A stretch of DNA of 64,000 bases from the NCBI GenBank assembly GCA_963701965.1, contig OY969695.1, positions 512,001 to 576,000 on the forward strand, read 5' to 3'. Both the position numbers and the translations under genes were made by a program. The stretch's first letter is position 1. Each line of letters opens with the position of its first letter. Shown here piece after piece: positions 53,302-63,446 of the stretch. A model generated the notes under the pieces. That model was not told the origin of the DNA. It ran no database searches and saw nothing but the letters and a program-made list of their open reading frames with translations. The DNA is from an uncultured Gemmatimonadales bacterium (GTDB lineage: Bacteria > Gemmatimonadota > Gemmatimonadetes > Gemmatimonadales > Gemmatimonadaceae).

Positions 53302-55167
53302 TCACCGAAGACCGAGAGACCGGCGGACGACCCATTCCCCGCAGAGAATCGCGACGACCACCAGATAGATCCACCACACCGTCCGCACCCGCACGGCCAA
53401 CCCGGCGACCGCGCTGCCGCCAATGGCGCCGGCTCGCACGCGTTCGCGATTGGGTATCCACTCGCGCGACGGGTTCACGACCAACAACGACGCGCCGCCG
53501 GTCGTGCGCACGTCGTACACGCCGCGCGCCATTGGCGCCGACTCGGCGGTCGCCTCGGCTCCGAAATGCAGCGCCAGCGTGTCCACGAACCCGCTGCCGC
53601 GCTCCGTCAGGATGGCGGTCACGACCGAGTCGCTGCCCGAACCTCGGCGCCACTGCACGGGCTCGCCGGCCCGCACCGCGCCTTCGACGGGCAACGCGAC
53701 GCGGACGTCGGGCCGCTCCGCCGACAACCAATCAAAGATACCCCCCCACAACGCGGCATAGGCCTGCGCGGTGACTCCCCCGCGAAACTGCCAGCGCCAG
53801 AGTCCGGTCGCGTTCACGATGACGACACGCCGCCCGGTCTCCGTGCCCATGACCGCCTCGCGCGGATCGAATCGCCGCGCACGTTTCGCCTCCAACCCCG
53901 CCCAGTACTGCCCTTGCCGGGCAGTACTGGGACTGTCGGTTTGAAGGTCTGGCTGCGCCGGCCCGCGACGCATGCTGCCTCGTGTGCCGGAAGGAGCGAC
54001 CTCTATGGGCGGCAGGCTGTCCCACGGAACACCGGCGAGTGCGGCCGCCAGCGGCGAGGCCGGCGCGCCGGTCGCATACCACTCGCCGGCCTCTTCGCCA
54101 GTGGGACCGGGAAAAAGCACGAGCGACCCGCGCGTGGCCGTCCGCGGCACCCCGAACACCGACGTGTCTCCGTGCAGCACCACGAGCGGCGCCGTCGTCG
54201 CGGCCTTCCGCACATCCGCCTCGCTCACCGACGCCAGCGTGCCGTCGACGCGCCAATTTCCGGGCGCGACGCGAAAAAATCCGCGCGTCGGCAGGGAGAC
54301 GGCGCCCCGCAGGACCGCCAGCGCGTAGCGCGCGTCGTAGTCCGGCGACGTCGACACGAACACCGCGCCCGCCGCGGGCGAGATCTCCAGGGGGCGCTCG
54401 AGGGTGTCGTTTCTCGCCTCGACATCTCCGGGCGCCGTCACCACGGCGCGCAAGAGACCAGCACCTTCCTGGGTCGGGACGATGACGTGCGCGGGGAGTA
54501 CACGCTCCCCGTGGGCCTCCAGCGGAGCGATGGGGATCGTCGCCAACGGCTTACTGGCGAACGACACGACAAGCGTACCCGCGGGCGCTCCGCCAGCGCC
54601 CGCGGCGATGGTCACCTCCACGGGCACGGTATCACCGCCCACCGCCGCCCGCGGCGCGTCCATCCCCACGACCGCGAGATCGTTCGCCGCCGGCCGGGGG
54701 ATCACATCGATCCGCGATCCCGCCGGCAGGTTGGCCAGCGCGTCGGGATCATCCAACTCCCCATCGGTGACAATGGTGATGGGCCGGCCCGCGGCCAGCG
54801 CCCGATCCACCACGGCTCGCGACGACGAGCGGGTGTCGACCGGCGTCGCCGGTGGCCCGGCCCGTCGGATCGAGTCGCCGAAGACGAAGGACGAGTCGGC
54901 CGTTCGCGCGAGGGCGCGAAAGTGCGCGAGGGCCTGGGCGTACGGCGCGCCGCCGCCGCGCTGCCAGCTCGCCGACACGTCGAGCGCCGCGAATGGCCGC
55001 GCCGCCGCGGCGCACCCGGCCGGCGCGTCCAGCAGCAGCGCGGCGAGGAGCGTGATGGCCAGCGCCCGCAGCACGGCGGCCGGCAGCTCGCGGCGCCGCC
55101 CCGCGACGCCATACTGCAGCGCCGCGACGCCGGCGCCCGCAAGTACGGCGACCAGCCATGGAATCAT
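53302..55167 (-). CDS. Hypothetical membrane protein (VWA-like N-domain, Ig-like domain, C-terminal TM)
   Basis: LDVSASW and VTDG (MIDAS-like), ND-ending Ig segment, WRW..W and C-terminal EWVVRR.LGL. Confidence 0.7.
   Translation of the reverse strand: MIPWLVAVLAGAGVAALQYGVAGRRRELPAAVLRALAITLLAALLLDAPAGCAAAARPFAALDVSASWQRGGGAPYAQALAHFRALARTADSSFVFGDSIRRAGPPATPVDTRSSSRAVVDRALAAGRPITIVTDGELDDPDALANLPAGSRIDVIPRPAANDLAVVGMDAPRAAVGGDTVPVEVTIAAGAGGAPAGTLVVSFASKPLATIPIAPLEAHGERVLPAHVIVPTQEGAGLLRAVVTAPGDVEARNDTLERPLEISPAAGAVFVSTSPDYDARYALAVLRGAVSLPTRGFFRVAPGNWRVDGTLASVSEADVRKAATTAPLVVLHGDTSVFGVPRTATRGSLVLFPGPTGEEAGEWYATGAPASPLAAALAGVPWDSLPPIEVAPSGTRGSMRRGPAQPDLQTDSPSTARQGQYWAGLEAKRARRFDPREAVMGTETGRRVVIVNATGLWRWQFRGGVTAQAYAALWGGIFDWLSAERPDVRVALPVEGAVRAGEPVQWRRGSGSDSVVTAILTERGSGFVDTLALHFGAEATAESAPMARGVYDVRTTGGASLLVVNPSREWIPNRERVRAGAIGGSAVAGLAVRVRTVWWIYLVVVAILCGEWVVRRSLGLR
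53901..53931. repeat. Perfect 13-bp inverted repeat with a 5-nt loop inside a CDS
   Basis: CCCAGTACTGCCC-TTGCC-GGGCAGTACTGGG. Confidence 0.9.
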
Positions 55168-55208
55168 CCCTGTAGATTGTGCGCCTGTGGTAGGCGCGCG
55201 CTACTTGC

Positions 55209-56486
55209 CTAGCGTACGACCAGCCTGACTGGCCCGTCGTTCGCCGCCAACGCGGCGAGGTAGCGCGCGCGCAAGGCGTCGAACGCCGGCCGGTCGGCGG
55301 CGGCCAATGGCTCACCGCCGGTGGACTTGAGCGCCGACCGCGGATCGCGCTGCACGCCGTTGACCAACACCTCGAAATGCAGGTGGGGCGCGGTGGCCAG
55401 GCCTGTCATGCCCACGTACGCGATCGTCTTGCCAATGTCGACGTGCGCGCCCTCGCGAATGCCCTGGGCAAACCGCAGCAGATGCCCGTACCGCGTCACA
55501 TATCCGTTCTTGTGCCGCAGATCGATGACGTTGCCGTATCCGTGCTTCTGCCCGGCAAAGATCACCCGGGCATCACCGATCGCGCGGACCGGCGTGCCTT
55601 GGGCCGCTGCGTAGTCCGTCCCTTTATGCTGGCGCCACACGCCGAGAATCGGATGCTTGCGCATGCCGAACACGCTGGAGATCCGGCGGAACTCGAGCGG
55701 CGCGCGGAGGAACGTATTGCGCAACGACCGGCCGGCCCGGTCGTAGTAGCCGTTTGGCTCGGCGCCGCCGGCGAACCAGATGGCCTCGGTCGTATCGCGG
55801 GAGAGCACGAAGGTCGTGGCCATGACGTGCCCGATGCGCACCACGCCCTGGGGCCCCGTCTGCCGCTCGAACAGCGCGCGGAACGTGTCGCCAGCCTGCA
55901 AATCGCGGCTCATGTCGACGCGATAGTCGAGGATGTCGGCCAGCGCCCACGCCAACTCGGCGCGCGCGGTCTTGGGCAGGATCTGCGCCGCGCCATCATC
56001 CAACGCTTGGTACAGATTCGCGCGAATCGTGCCCGCGACGACTACGGTGTCGGTGGTCCATGGCAAATGTTCATCCCGCCCTTCCCACGTTCCCGTCGTT
56101 GTCGGTCTCAGGTGAACGACGTGATCAATGGCGTACCTGAGCTGGATCTCGCCCGGCAGGCTGTCGCCTGCCTGGCGATCGATCTCCACCAGGAGCCCGG
56201 CGGGGACGCGACGCTCATCGAGCGACGGCACGGCGCGGAGCGCCGCTGCCGCCGTGGACGGCGCGACGTTGGCACGGGCGAAAAGCTGCGACAGCGTCTC
56301 ACCCGGTCGCAGAGTGTCGGTGACGACGGTCGTGGGGGGATTGGCGGGTTGGACGGGATGGTCGGGTACAGCGACCAAAACGGCCGGAGTCTTCCGGCCG
56401 TCAACGGGTGGCGTCAGAGCGAGCGCCGCCGCAAGCAGAAGCGCGACCACCGAGTAGGTGACCGCGCGGGCAACCTTCGCCGTCAA
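55209..56486 (-). CDS. M23 metallopeptidase (MepM/Csd3-like)
   Basis: [25 protein letters not shown] and ATAPHLHFE. Confidence 0.92.
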   Translation of the reverse strand: MTAKVARAVTYSVVALLLAAALALTPPVDGRKTPAVLVAVPDHPVQPANPPTTVVTDTLRPGETLSQLFARANVAPSTAAAALRAVPSLDERRVPAGLLVEIDRQAGDSLPGEIQLRYAIDHVVHLRPTTTGTWEGRDEHLPWTTDTVVVAGTIRANLYQALDDGAAQILPKTARAELAWALADILDYRVDMSRDLQAGDTFRALFERQTGPQGVVRIGHVMATTFVLSRDTTEAIWFAGGAEPNGYYDRAGRSLRNTFLRAPLEFRRISSVFGMRKHPILGVWRQHKGTDYAAAQGTPVRAIGDARVIFAGQKHGYGNVIDLRHKNGYVTRYGHLLRFAQGIREGAHVDIGKTIAYVGMTGLATAPHLHFEVLVNGVQRDPRSALKSTGGEPLAAADRPAFDALRARYLAALAANDGPVRLVVR

Positions 56487-57646
56487 TCCATCTGTCTCCG
56501 GATGAATGTCGGGATCTCCATATCGGAGAGATCCTGATCGCCGGAGCGCTCCGCTCCGGCCGAGCGCCGCGGGAGATCCGCGACGACAGGCCGCGCCGCG
56601 CGCGGTTGCCGCTGGGTGGGAAAGGGCAGCACCGGCGGCCCGCTCCCCTTCGCCGTATGCGCCGCAATGCTCCCGGTCGCGGCGTGTGGCCGGTCGAACC
56701 CGGTGGCGATGACCGTCACCCGGATTTCGCCCTGCATCGCCGGCTCATGCACGGCGCCGAAAATGATCTCGGCGTCGTCACCCACCGCGTCATGGATGAT
56801 CTCGTTGATCTGGTGGACTTCGCCCAAGGTCAGATCGGCCCCGCCCGTGATGTTGACGAGGACGCCGGTCGCGCCCGAGATCGAGATGTTGTCGAGCAGC
56901 GGCGACGAGATCGCCTGCTGCGCCGCTTCCATGGCGCGGTTCTCCCCGCGCCCGACCCCGGTGCCCATGAGCGCGCTACCGCCGGCCTGCATGACGGTGC
57001 GCACATCGGCGAAGTCGACGTTCACGAGTCCGGTGACGCTGATCAACGAGGAGATACCCTGCGTAGCGTGGAGGAGCACCTCGTCGGCTTTCTTGAGGGC
57101 ATCCTGGAACGGAATGCCTTTGCCGACCACCGCGAGCAGGCGCTCATTCGGCACGACGATCATCGTGTCGACGTTGTTACGCATCTCGTTGATGCCGCTC
57201 TCGGCCTGTCGCATCCGTTTCTTGCCTTCAAACAAGAACGGCTTGGTGACGATGCCAACCGTGAGCGCCCCGGCGGCGCGGGCCAGCTCGCAGATCACAG
57301 GCGCCGCCCCGGTGCCGGTGCCGCCGCCCATGCCGCAGGTAATGAAGACGAGGTCGGCGCCAATGAGCGCCCGCTCCACGTCCTCTTTGCTCTCCTCGAT
57401 CGCCTGGCGGCCGATCTCCGGCCGGGCGCCGGCTCCGAGTCCGCGTGTCAGTTTCTTGCCGATCTGAATCTTGACGTCGGATTTGGAGTTCAGTAGCGCC
57501 TGGGCGTCGGTGTTCACGGAGATGAACTCGACACCCTCCAGGTGCTCCTCGATCATGCGGTTGACGGCGTTACCGCCGCCGCCGCCCACGCCCACCACCT
57601 TCATGCGGGCGTTCTGAGACGCGCTCTCCTCGAACTCGAAAATCAT
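56483..57646 (-). CDS. ftsZ: Cell division protein FtsZ
   Basis: [25 protein letters not shown] and C-terminal [11 protein letters not shown]. Confidence 0.97.
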   Translation of the reverse strand: MIFEFEESASQNARMKVVGVGGGGGNAVNRMIEEHLEGVEFISVNTDAQALLNSKSDVKIQIGKKLTRGLGAGARPEIGRQAIEESKEDVERALIGADLVFITCGMGGGTGTGAAPVICELARAAGALTVGIVTKPFLFEGKKRMRQAESGINEMRNNVDTMIVVPNERLLAVVGKGIPFQDALKKADEVLLHATQGISSLISVTGLVNVDFADVRTVMQAGGSALMGTGVGRGENRAMEAAQQAISSPLLDNISISGATGVLVNITGGADLTLGEVHQINEIIHDAVGDDAEIIFGAVHEPAMQGEIRVTVIATGFDRPHAATGSIAAHTAKGSGPPVLPFPTQRQPRAARPVVADLPRRSAGAERSGDQDLSDMEIPTFIRRQMD

Positions 57647-57669
57647 AGGAGCGATTGTAGGAGCGAGCG

Positions 57670-57771
57670 AATGTGGAAAACTTTAGCCGAGGACATACCG
57701 GGCCGCGGCAATATAACAAGTTTTACGCCGGTGGGAGCAGCAATTTTTTACCGGCGAATGTTATCCACATT
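57670..57771. promoter_or_regulatory. Two inverted DnaA-box matches in the ftsA-ftsZ spacer
   Basis: TTATCCACA at 57761-57769 (+) and TTTTCCACA at 57680-57672 (-), in an AT-rich region. Confidence 0.6.
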
Positions 57772-59031
57772 TTAGAAAAAATCTTGGAGCCAGGTCCGGA
57801 CCCGTTCGATGAGTTTGTCGACGCCTGGACCGCCCAGGGCGCCCCGGCGGCTCGCCGAGCCCGCCCCGCCCAAGGCCAGGCGGTGCCCGCCGTACAGCGC
57901 GAGCCCGGTCACGGTGGCAAACCGCGGCGCCTGAACGGTCTCGGTGAGCCCGGTAAGCGAAGCGCCCGGCGCGCCAACCCGAACGCCGATACCGAACACG
58001 TCGGTCGCCAAATCGGTGATGCCCGGCAGCGCCGCGGCCCCGCCCGTCAGCACGACCCCGGAGCTCAGCCGCCGCGCGTAGCCGGCATTCGTGATGTCGC
58101 GCTGAACGAGGTCGAAGATTTCGTCGACCCGCTGATGGATGATGTGCGTCAGCGAACCGTGGTCGATCGTGCGCTCGCCCTGCGCGGCGGTGCCGGGGAG
58201 CGGAATCATGAGATCAGGATCGGCCGCGCCCTCGTAGGCGCACCCGTAGCGCTCCTTGAGCCGCTCGGCGTCGTCCGGCGTCACTTTGAGCCCGAGCACG
58301 AGATCGTTGGTGACGCTGTTGCCGCCAAACGCGATCGTGGCCAGATGCCGGATCTTGCCTTCGTGGAAGATCGCCAGGTCGGTGGATCCGGCACCCATCT
58401 CCACCAGAGCGACGCCGAGCTCCTTCTCATCGTCAGTGAGCACGCTCAGCGCTGATGCGAGCGGCTCCAACACCAGCTCGCGCACGCGGTAGCCCGCGCG
58501 CTCGACGGCCTTGCGCAGGTTCATCGCCGGCGAGGCGCCGATCGTGACCAGGTACATCTCGGTCTCGAGCCGCGTGCCGATCATGCCGACGGGATCGCGG
58601 ATGCCTTGGTTGCGGTCGACGGTGTACTCCTGCGGGATGGCGTGCAGGAGCTCGCGATCGGCCGGCACCGCCTGGGCGCGCGCCACGTCGTTGGCGCGTT
58701 CCACGTCGGCCTTGGTGATCTCATCGCCGTTGACGGCGACAACCCCGGGCGACGTCATCGCCTGGACGTGTTCGCCCGTGATGCCGACGTAGAGATCGGT
58801 GACGTGCTGTCCCGCCATCCGCTCCGCGTCCTCCATGGCTTTGCGGATCGAACGCGTCGTCTCTTCGATGTCGGTGACGACCCCACGGCGCAAGCCCGTC
58901 GTGCGGGTCCGCCCCACGCCGAGGATCTTGATCTGCGGGCTGCGCGGAAGGTCGCCGACGACCTCGGCGATCACCGCCGTCGTCTTCGCCGAACCAATGT
59001 CGAGACCGGCCACCAGTCGGTCGACGTTCAC
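57772..59031 (-). CDS. ftsA: Cell division protein FtsA
   Basis: GLDIGSAK, DPVGMIGTRLE, GVVLTGG and C-terminal amphipathic helix WLQDFF. Confidence 0.95.
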   Translation of the reverse strand: MNVDRLVAGLDIGSAKTTAVIAEVVGDLPRSPQIKILGVGRTRTTGLRRGVVTDIEETTRSIRKAMEDAERMAGQHVTDLYVGITGEHVQAMTSPGVVAVNGDEITKADVERANDVARAQAVPADRELLHAIPQEYTVDRNQGIRDPVGMIGTRLETEMYLVTIGASPAMNLRKAVERAGYRVRELVLEPLASALSVLTDDEKELGVALVEMGAGSTDLAIFHEGKIRHLATIAFGGNSVTNDLVLGLKVTPDDAERLKERYGCAYEGAADPDLMIPLPGTAAQGERTIDHGSLTHIIHQRVDEIFDLVQRDITNAGYARRLSSGVVLTGGAAALPGITDLATDVFGIGVRVGAPGASLTGLTETVQAPRFATVTGLALYGGHRLALGGAGSASRRGALGGPGVDKLIERVRTWLQDFF

Positions 59032-59711
59032 TCGAGCCTCGCTACGACTTGATCGCGATACCGCAAATCGAGCTCCGTGAAACGCACGCCACGGCGCGCC
59101 AGATCGGCAGCCACCGGCAACGCATCGGCCAGCCGCGCCGGCGTCACGTCGGCGTGGGCGAGGACGACGCCGGCGTCCAGACGCACGATGAGATCATCGT
59201 GACCCCGGCGATGGATGGCATTGATGCGCGCGAACAGCGCCGGCGCCGCGGTCTCGATCCCGCCCAGGAGACGCGCCAGCAGGGCGTCGGGGCGATCGAG
59301 CACCGGGAGATCGACGTCGGCCGTCGCCGGGTCGATCGGCAACGCGGCGCCACGATCATCGTAGACCTTGAGGCCATCGGGTGTCGGTGCCAACGCCACC
59401 GGCACGGCCTCGGTCACCTGCACGACCAGGATGCCCGGCAGCTCGCGTTTCACCTCGGCATGTCGCACCAACGCCCGCGCGCCGATGCGCGCGGCCAGCG
59501 GCCGCAGATCATCCCACGTCGACATGGTGGTATCGACGCGCATGGCCGCGACGACGTCGCGCGGTGACAGATAGTGCGTGCCCACGACGCGGACCTGACG
59601 CACCCGAAAGAACGCCAGCTCGCGGAGCACGCGACGTCCCCACCAGGGACCGGTCACCAGCAGGGCCGCCGCGATCACCGCCAGCGCCACGGGCAACGGA
59701 CGAATGCTCAT
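59028..59711 (-). CDS. ftsQ: Cell division protein FtsQ/DivIB
   Basis: TM helix, POTRA-like region and DLRYRDQVV; located before ftsA. Confidence 0.85.
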   Translation of the reverse strand: MSIRPLPVALAVIAAALLVTGPWWGRRVLRELAFFRVRQVRVVGTHYLSPRDVVAAMRVDTTMSTWDDLRPLAARIGARALVRHAEVKRELPGILVVQVTEAVPVALAPTPDGLKVYDDRGAALPIDPATADVDLPVLDRPDALLARLLGGIETAAPALFARINAIHRRGHDDLIVRLDAGVVLAHADVTPARLADALPVAADLARRGVRFTELDLRYRDQVVARLE

Positions 59712-61090
59712 GCCGCGGCTCCCTGGAGCGCCGCGAGCAACTCGGGCCCGGTCCGTGTGATGTCGCCGGCGCCAAGCGTGAGCACGACGTCGCCGGGCCG
59801 CACGGTTTCGGCGAGCGCTCGCGCCAGCGCGCCGCGCGCCCCACGCCAGGCCACCGGTCGCCCGGACGCGCGCGCCGCATTGGCGATGAGATCAGAAGAG
59901 ACGCCGGGCAAAGGTTGTTCCCGCGCCGGGTAGATATCCGTGAGGAAAACGAGATCCGCGCGTCCGAGCGCGCGGCCAAACTCGCCGGCGAAATCCCGCG
60001 TGCGCGTAAAGAGATGCGGTTGAAAGGCCACGACCAGCCGCCGCTCCGGATACGCCGCGCGCGCGGCGTCGAGCGTCGCGGCGATCTCCGTGGGATGGTG
60101 GGCGTAGTCGTCGATGATCGCCACACCGGCGACTTCGCCGAGACGCTGGAAGCGGCGCTCGACACCACCAAATCGCCCCAACCCGGACGCCATGGCTTCG
60201 AGCGATACGCCCTGCGAAATGCCGACGGCTATCGCGGCCAGCGCGTTGCGGACGTTGTGCAGGCCCGGCACGCGAAGCGTGACCGGACCCAACGTCTCCC
60301 CATCGTATACCACGGTGAACCGGGATCCCGTGCCGACGAACGAGACATCACGGGCCGCGAGCCGCGCGTCCGGCGATGTCGTCCCGTAGCGGATCACTTC
60401 GCACCCACTGGGTGTGGGCAGGGCATTGGCGCCCGGGTCGTCGGCGCACAAAATGATCCAGCGCGCCGGCAGCACGAACTGGGCGAACGCCGCGCGAATG
60501 TCGGCGAGATCCCGATAGATGTCGAGGTGGTCGGCCTCCATGTTGGTGACCACCGCGATCGTCGGCGTCAAGGCCAGGAACGACCGGTCGTACTCGTCGG
60601 CCTCGACGACGAACACGGACTCGCCGCCCGCACGCAGGTTGCCGCCCCACTCGGCGACGCGTCCGCCGACGACACCGGTGGGCGACCGCCCCGCCGCGGC
60701 CAGCGCCTCGGTGGTCATCACGGTCGTCGTGGTCTTGCCGTGCGTTCCCGCAATGGCTACCACGGTCCCGCCGTGCACCGCCTCGGCCAACGCTTCCGCA
60801 CGCCGGATGACCGGCAGCCCGGCCGCCCGCGCGGCCACGACCTCGGGGAGATCCGGGCGGATCGCGGACGAGACCACGACCGCGCGCACACCGGTGAGAT
60901 GCGCGGGGTCATGCCCGGTCGCGACCGGGATGCCCAAGCGGCGCAGATCATCCGCCGCCTCGGGATGCGCGTCGCACCCGGTGACGCGCGCGCCGCGGCG
61001 GACGAACAGCTCGGCCAGCGCGCTCATTCCCGCGCCGGCAATGCCGATGAAGTGAATGGGCCGACTGTCGGAACCGCCGAGGAGAGACAT
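59708..61090 (-). CDS. murC: UDP-N-acetylmuramate--L-alanine ligase
   Basis: HFIGIAGAGMS, GTHGKTTT, EADEYD, DDYAHHPTE and FQPH. Confidence 0.95.
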   Translation of the reverse strand: MSLLGGSDSRPIHFIGIAGAGMSALAELFVRRGARVTGCDAHPEAADDLRRLGIPVATGHDPAHLTGVRAVVVSSAIRPDLPEVVAARAAGLPVIRRAEALAEAVHGGTVVAIAGTHGKTTTTVMTTEALAAAGRSPTGVVGGRVAEWGGNLRAGGESVFVVEADEYDRSFLALTPTIAVVTNMEADHLDIYRDLADIRAAFAQFVLPARWIILCADDPGANALPTPSGCEVIRYGTTSPDARLAARDVSFVGTGSRFTVVYDGETLGPVTLRVPGLHNVRNALAAIAVGISQGVSLEAMASGLGRFGGVERRFQRLGEVAGVAIIDDYAHHPTEIAATLDAARAAYPERRLVVAFQPHLFTRTRDFAGEFGRALGRADLVFLTDIYPAREQPLPGVSSDLIANAARASGRPVAWRGARGALARALAETVRPGDVVLTLGAGDITRTGPELLAALQGAAA

Positions 61091-61136
61091 GAGAGGCGCG
61101 CAAAATATAGACGCGCGCGCGCTGCCCATGCCACTC

Positions 61137-62259
61137 TTACCGGACGGCGATGACGCGCTGGGCTTGAGCCGGGTCGAGCAGCGCCAAGATGCGGCGCGCA
61201 ATATGCTCCGCCGCATCGGGCCGTCCGCGCGCGCGCGCGGCGCGCGAGAGCGCCAATCGCCGGTCGCCGTTCAGCACGACATCGCCCACCACGCGCCGGA
61301 GGGCGGCGACGTCGAGCGTAGACTGGGGCAGATGGACCGCCGCCCCGGCCGCCGCCAGCGCGCGGGCGTTGGCGGTCTGATGATCGGCGGCCGCCGTCGG
61401 CAGCGGCACGAGGATCATCGGCAGCGCCCACGCGCAGAGCTCGGCCGTCGTCATGGCCCCCGCCCGCGCCATGACCACGTCACTCGCCGCATACGCGTCG
61501 GCGATCGGCGACAAATAGGGTCGCACACACACGCGCGCGCTGGCGCGCGCCGCGTGCGCGTCGAACAGCGCGCGCCCCGTGGCCCAGATGACGTAGAGAT
61601 CATTCGGGAATCCCCGCCGCGACCCAGGCGTCCACGACGGCGTTGAGTCCCCGCGCGCCCTGACTGCCGCCGAAGATCAAGAGCACGGTCCCGCCCTCGG
61701 CGGGGAATCCCCACGCCAGGCGCGCCGCCCGGCGATCGGGCAGTGGATTGGGCGGTGGGTCAATCGGGTTTCCCGTGTCGAGAAACGGCGTCCCGGCGCG
61801 CCGCGGGAGGTACGGGATGGCTTCGGGATATCCCAGGTACACCTCGCGCGCGAAGCGGCTGAAGGCGCGCGCGGTGAGCCCCGGGTGACTGTCGGCAACC
61901 TGTTCCACGAACCGAATGCCGTGGGCCAGTGCATAGCCCAACGCCACACCGGACGCGTATCCGCCGGTACCGATGACGAGGCGCGGACGATCGAGGGTCG
62001 CCAGCTGCCGCCAGGCATCCGTGGCGCCGCGCACGGTTCGCCAGTTCTTCCACACGCGCGGACGATACAGGGGATGCAGATCGAGCAGCGCATACGGGTA
62101 CGGCTGCTGCGGCAGCACGTCCCGTTCGATCCCGCGCCGGGCGCCGACGAAAAACGGCCGGGCGCGGGCGTCGGCATCGAGCCCAACGAGCGCGCGGGCG
62201 ATGGCGAGACCCGGATACAAGTGGCCGCCGGTGCCGCCACCGGCGAACCACACCGTCAC
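61137..62259 (-). CDS. murG: MurG glycosyltransferase (+1 frameshift at about 61603)
   Basis: GGGTGGHLYP, GTGGYAS, TGNP and GGSQGA; removing one base continues GIPDDLYVIWATG..RAGAMT..DHQTANA. Confidence 0.93.
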
Positions 62260-63446
62260 GGCGCCGCGCCCGCGACCGCGCCCGCGACCGCGCCCGCGAC
62301 CGCGATGGGGTCGGTCGCGCCGGCGCCGATCACCCGCTCGCGATGACTGCCGATGTTCACGAGCAGCCCCGTCATGAACAGGGACAGAATCAGGTCGGAT
62401 CGTCCGTAGGAGATGAAAGGCAGCGTCAATCCCGTCGTCGGCAGAAGCCCGATCACGACGCCCAGGTGCAGATAGGCCGTGATCAACATCGTGAACGTCA
62501 GCCCGACGGCCAGCAACTGCTGAAACGGACTGCGCGCCGTTCGTGCAATGCGAAATCCGAGCCAGCCCCACAATGCGAAGGCCAGCGTCACCCCGGTAAT
62601 ACCGACAAACCCCCACTCTTCCCCGATCGTGCTCCCGATGAAGTCGTCGTAGGGAAACGGCACGAAACCGGCCTGCTGATGCCCGTGGCCAAACCCGACG
62701 CCCAGCAAGCGGCCGGATCCGACCGCGATCAGGGACTGGCGCAGCTGGTAGTTGACCGTGGTCACCGCCGGGCCGCTGTTGGCAAACGAGACCAGGCGGG
62801 CAATCACATACTGGAGGTGCTGCGCTTCGTGCCACAGGAGCGGCACCGCGACAACGCCCAGCGTGAGGAAGAACCCCACGCGCAACCCGCCGGCAAAGAG
62901 GACGACGGCCATCAAGAGCGTATAGAGCATGGCCGTCGACAGGTCCGGCTCCAGCACGGCCAGGACGTCGAGCGCCCCCACGACGACGAGAAACGGCAGG
63001 AAGCCGGTCGTCAACCGGTGGAGCTGGGGGCCCTTCTTGGCGACCAACATGGCCGTCCACACGACGACGGCGAGCTTCCCCAACTCCGACGGCTGGATCG
63101 ACGCGCCAATGAGAAAGCGCCGCGATCCGTGGATCACGGGCGCGATCGATCGCGTGAATGGCAGGATCGTCACCAACATCAAGACGAGCGTGAGCAGCAT
63201 GAGCGGCCAGGCCCACCGATACCATCGCTCGGCATCGATCTTGGCGGCGATGGCGAAGGCGACGACACCGATCGCGACGCCCGACAGCTGGCGCACGAGA
63301 TAAAATGCATTCGGCTTGTTCTGCTCGATCGCGTTGAGCGCGCTGGCGCTGTACAACACGGCGAGCCCGAACGCGAGCAGCGCGGCGGTGACCACCACGA
63401 GCGCGCGGGCCTCGACGTCCATGTGCCACCGGATGCGCTCGCTCAT
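62256..63446 (-). CDS. ftsW: FtsW SEDS peptidoglycan polymerase
   Basis: IQPSELGK, EPD, GEEWGF, LPTTGLTLPFISYG; lies between murD and murG. Confidence 0.92.
   Translation of the reverse strand: MSERIRWHMDVEARALVVVTAALLAFGLAVLYSASALNAIEQNKPNAFYLVRQLSGVAIGVVAFAIAAKIDAERWYRWAWPLMLLTLVLMLVTILPFTRSIAPVIHGSRRFLIGASIQPSELGKLAVVVWTAMLVAKKGPQLHRLTTGFLPFLVVVGALDVLAVLEPDLSTAMLYTLLMAVVLFAGGLRVGFFLTLGVVAVPLLWHEAQHLQYVIARLVSFANSGPAVTTVNYQLRQSLIAVGSGRLLGVGFGHGHQQAGFVPFPYDDFIGSTIGEEWGFVGITGVTLAFALWGWLGFRIARTARSPFQQLLAVGLTFTMLITAYLHLGVVIGLLPTTGLTLPFISYGRSDLILSLFMTGLLVNIGSHRERVIGAGATDPIAVAGAVAGAVAGAAP
62264..62304. repeat. 12-nt tandem repeat CCGCGCCCGCGA, about 3.4 copies (AVAG repeats at the FtsW C-terminus)
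   Basis: Read directly from the sequence. Confidence 0.85.

Noticed and set aside
57647..57771. oriC
   Set aside because: Only two DnaA boxes, no clear DnaA-trio array and no dnaA/dnaN nearby; kept as a regulatory candidate instead.
61600..63429. 609-aa ORF with a long N-terminal extension on MurG (similar extensions on SelB, RecG, the ABC genes and IID)
   Set aside because: The extensions overlap the upstream genes out of frame; the true starts are at 4-nt stop/start overlaps.
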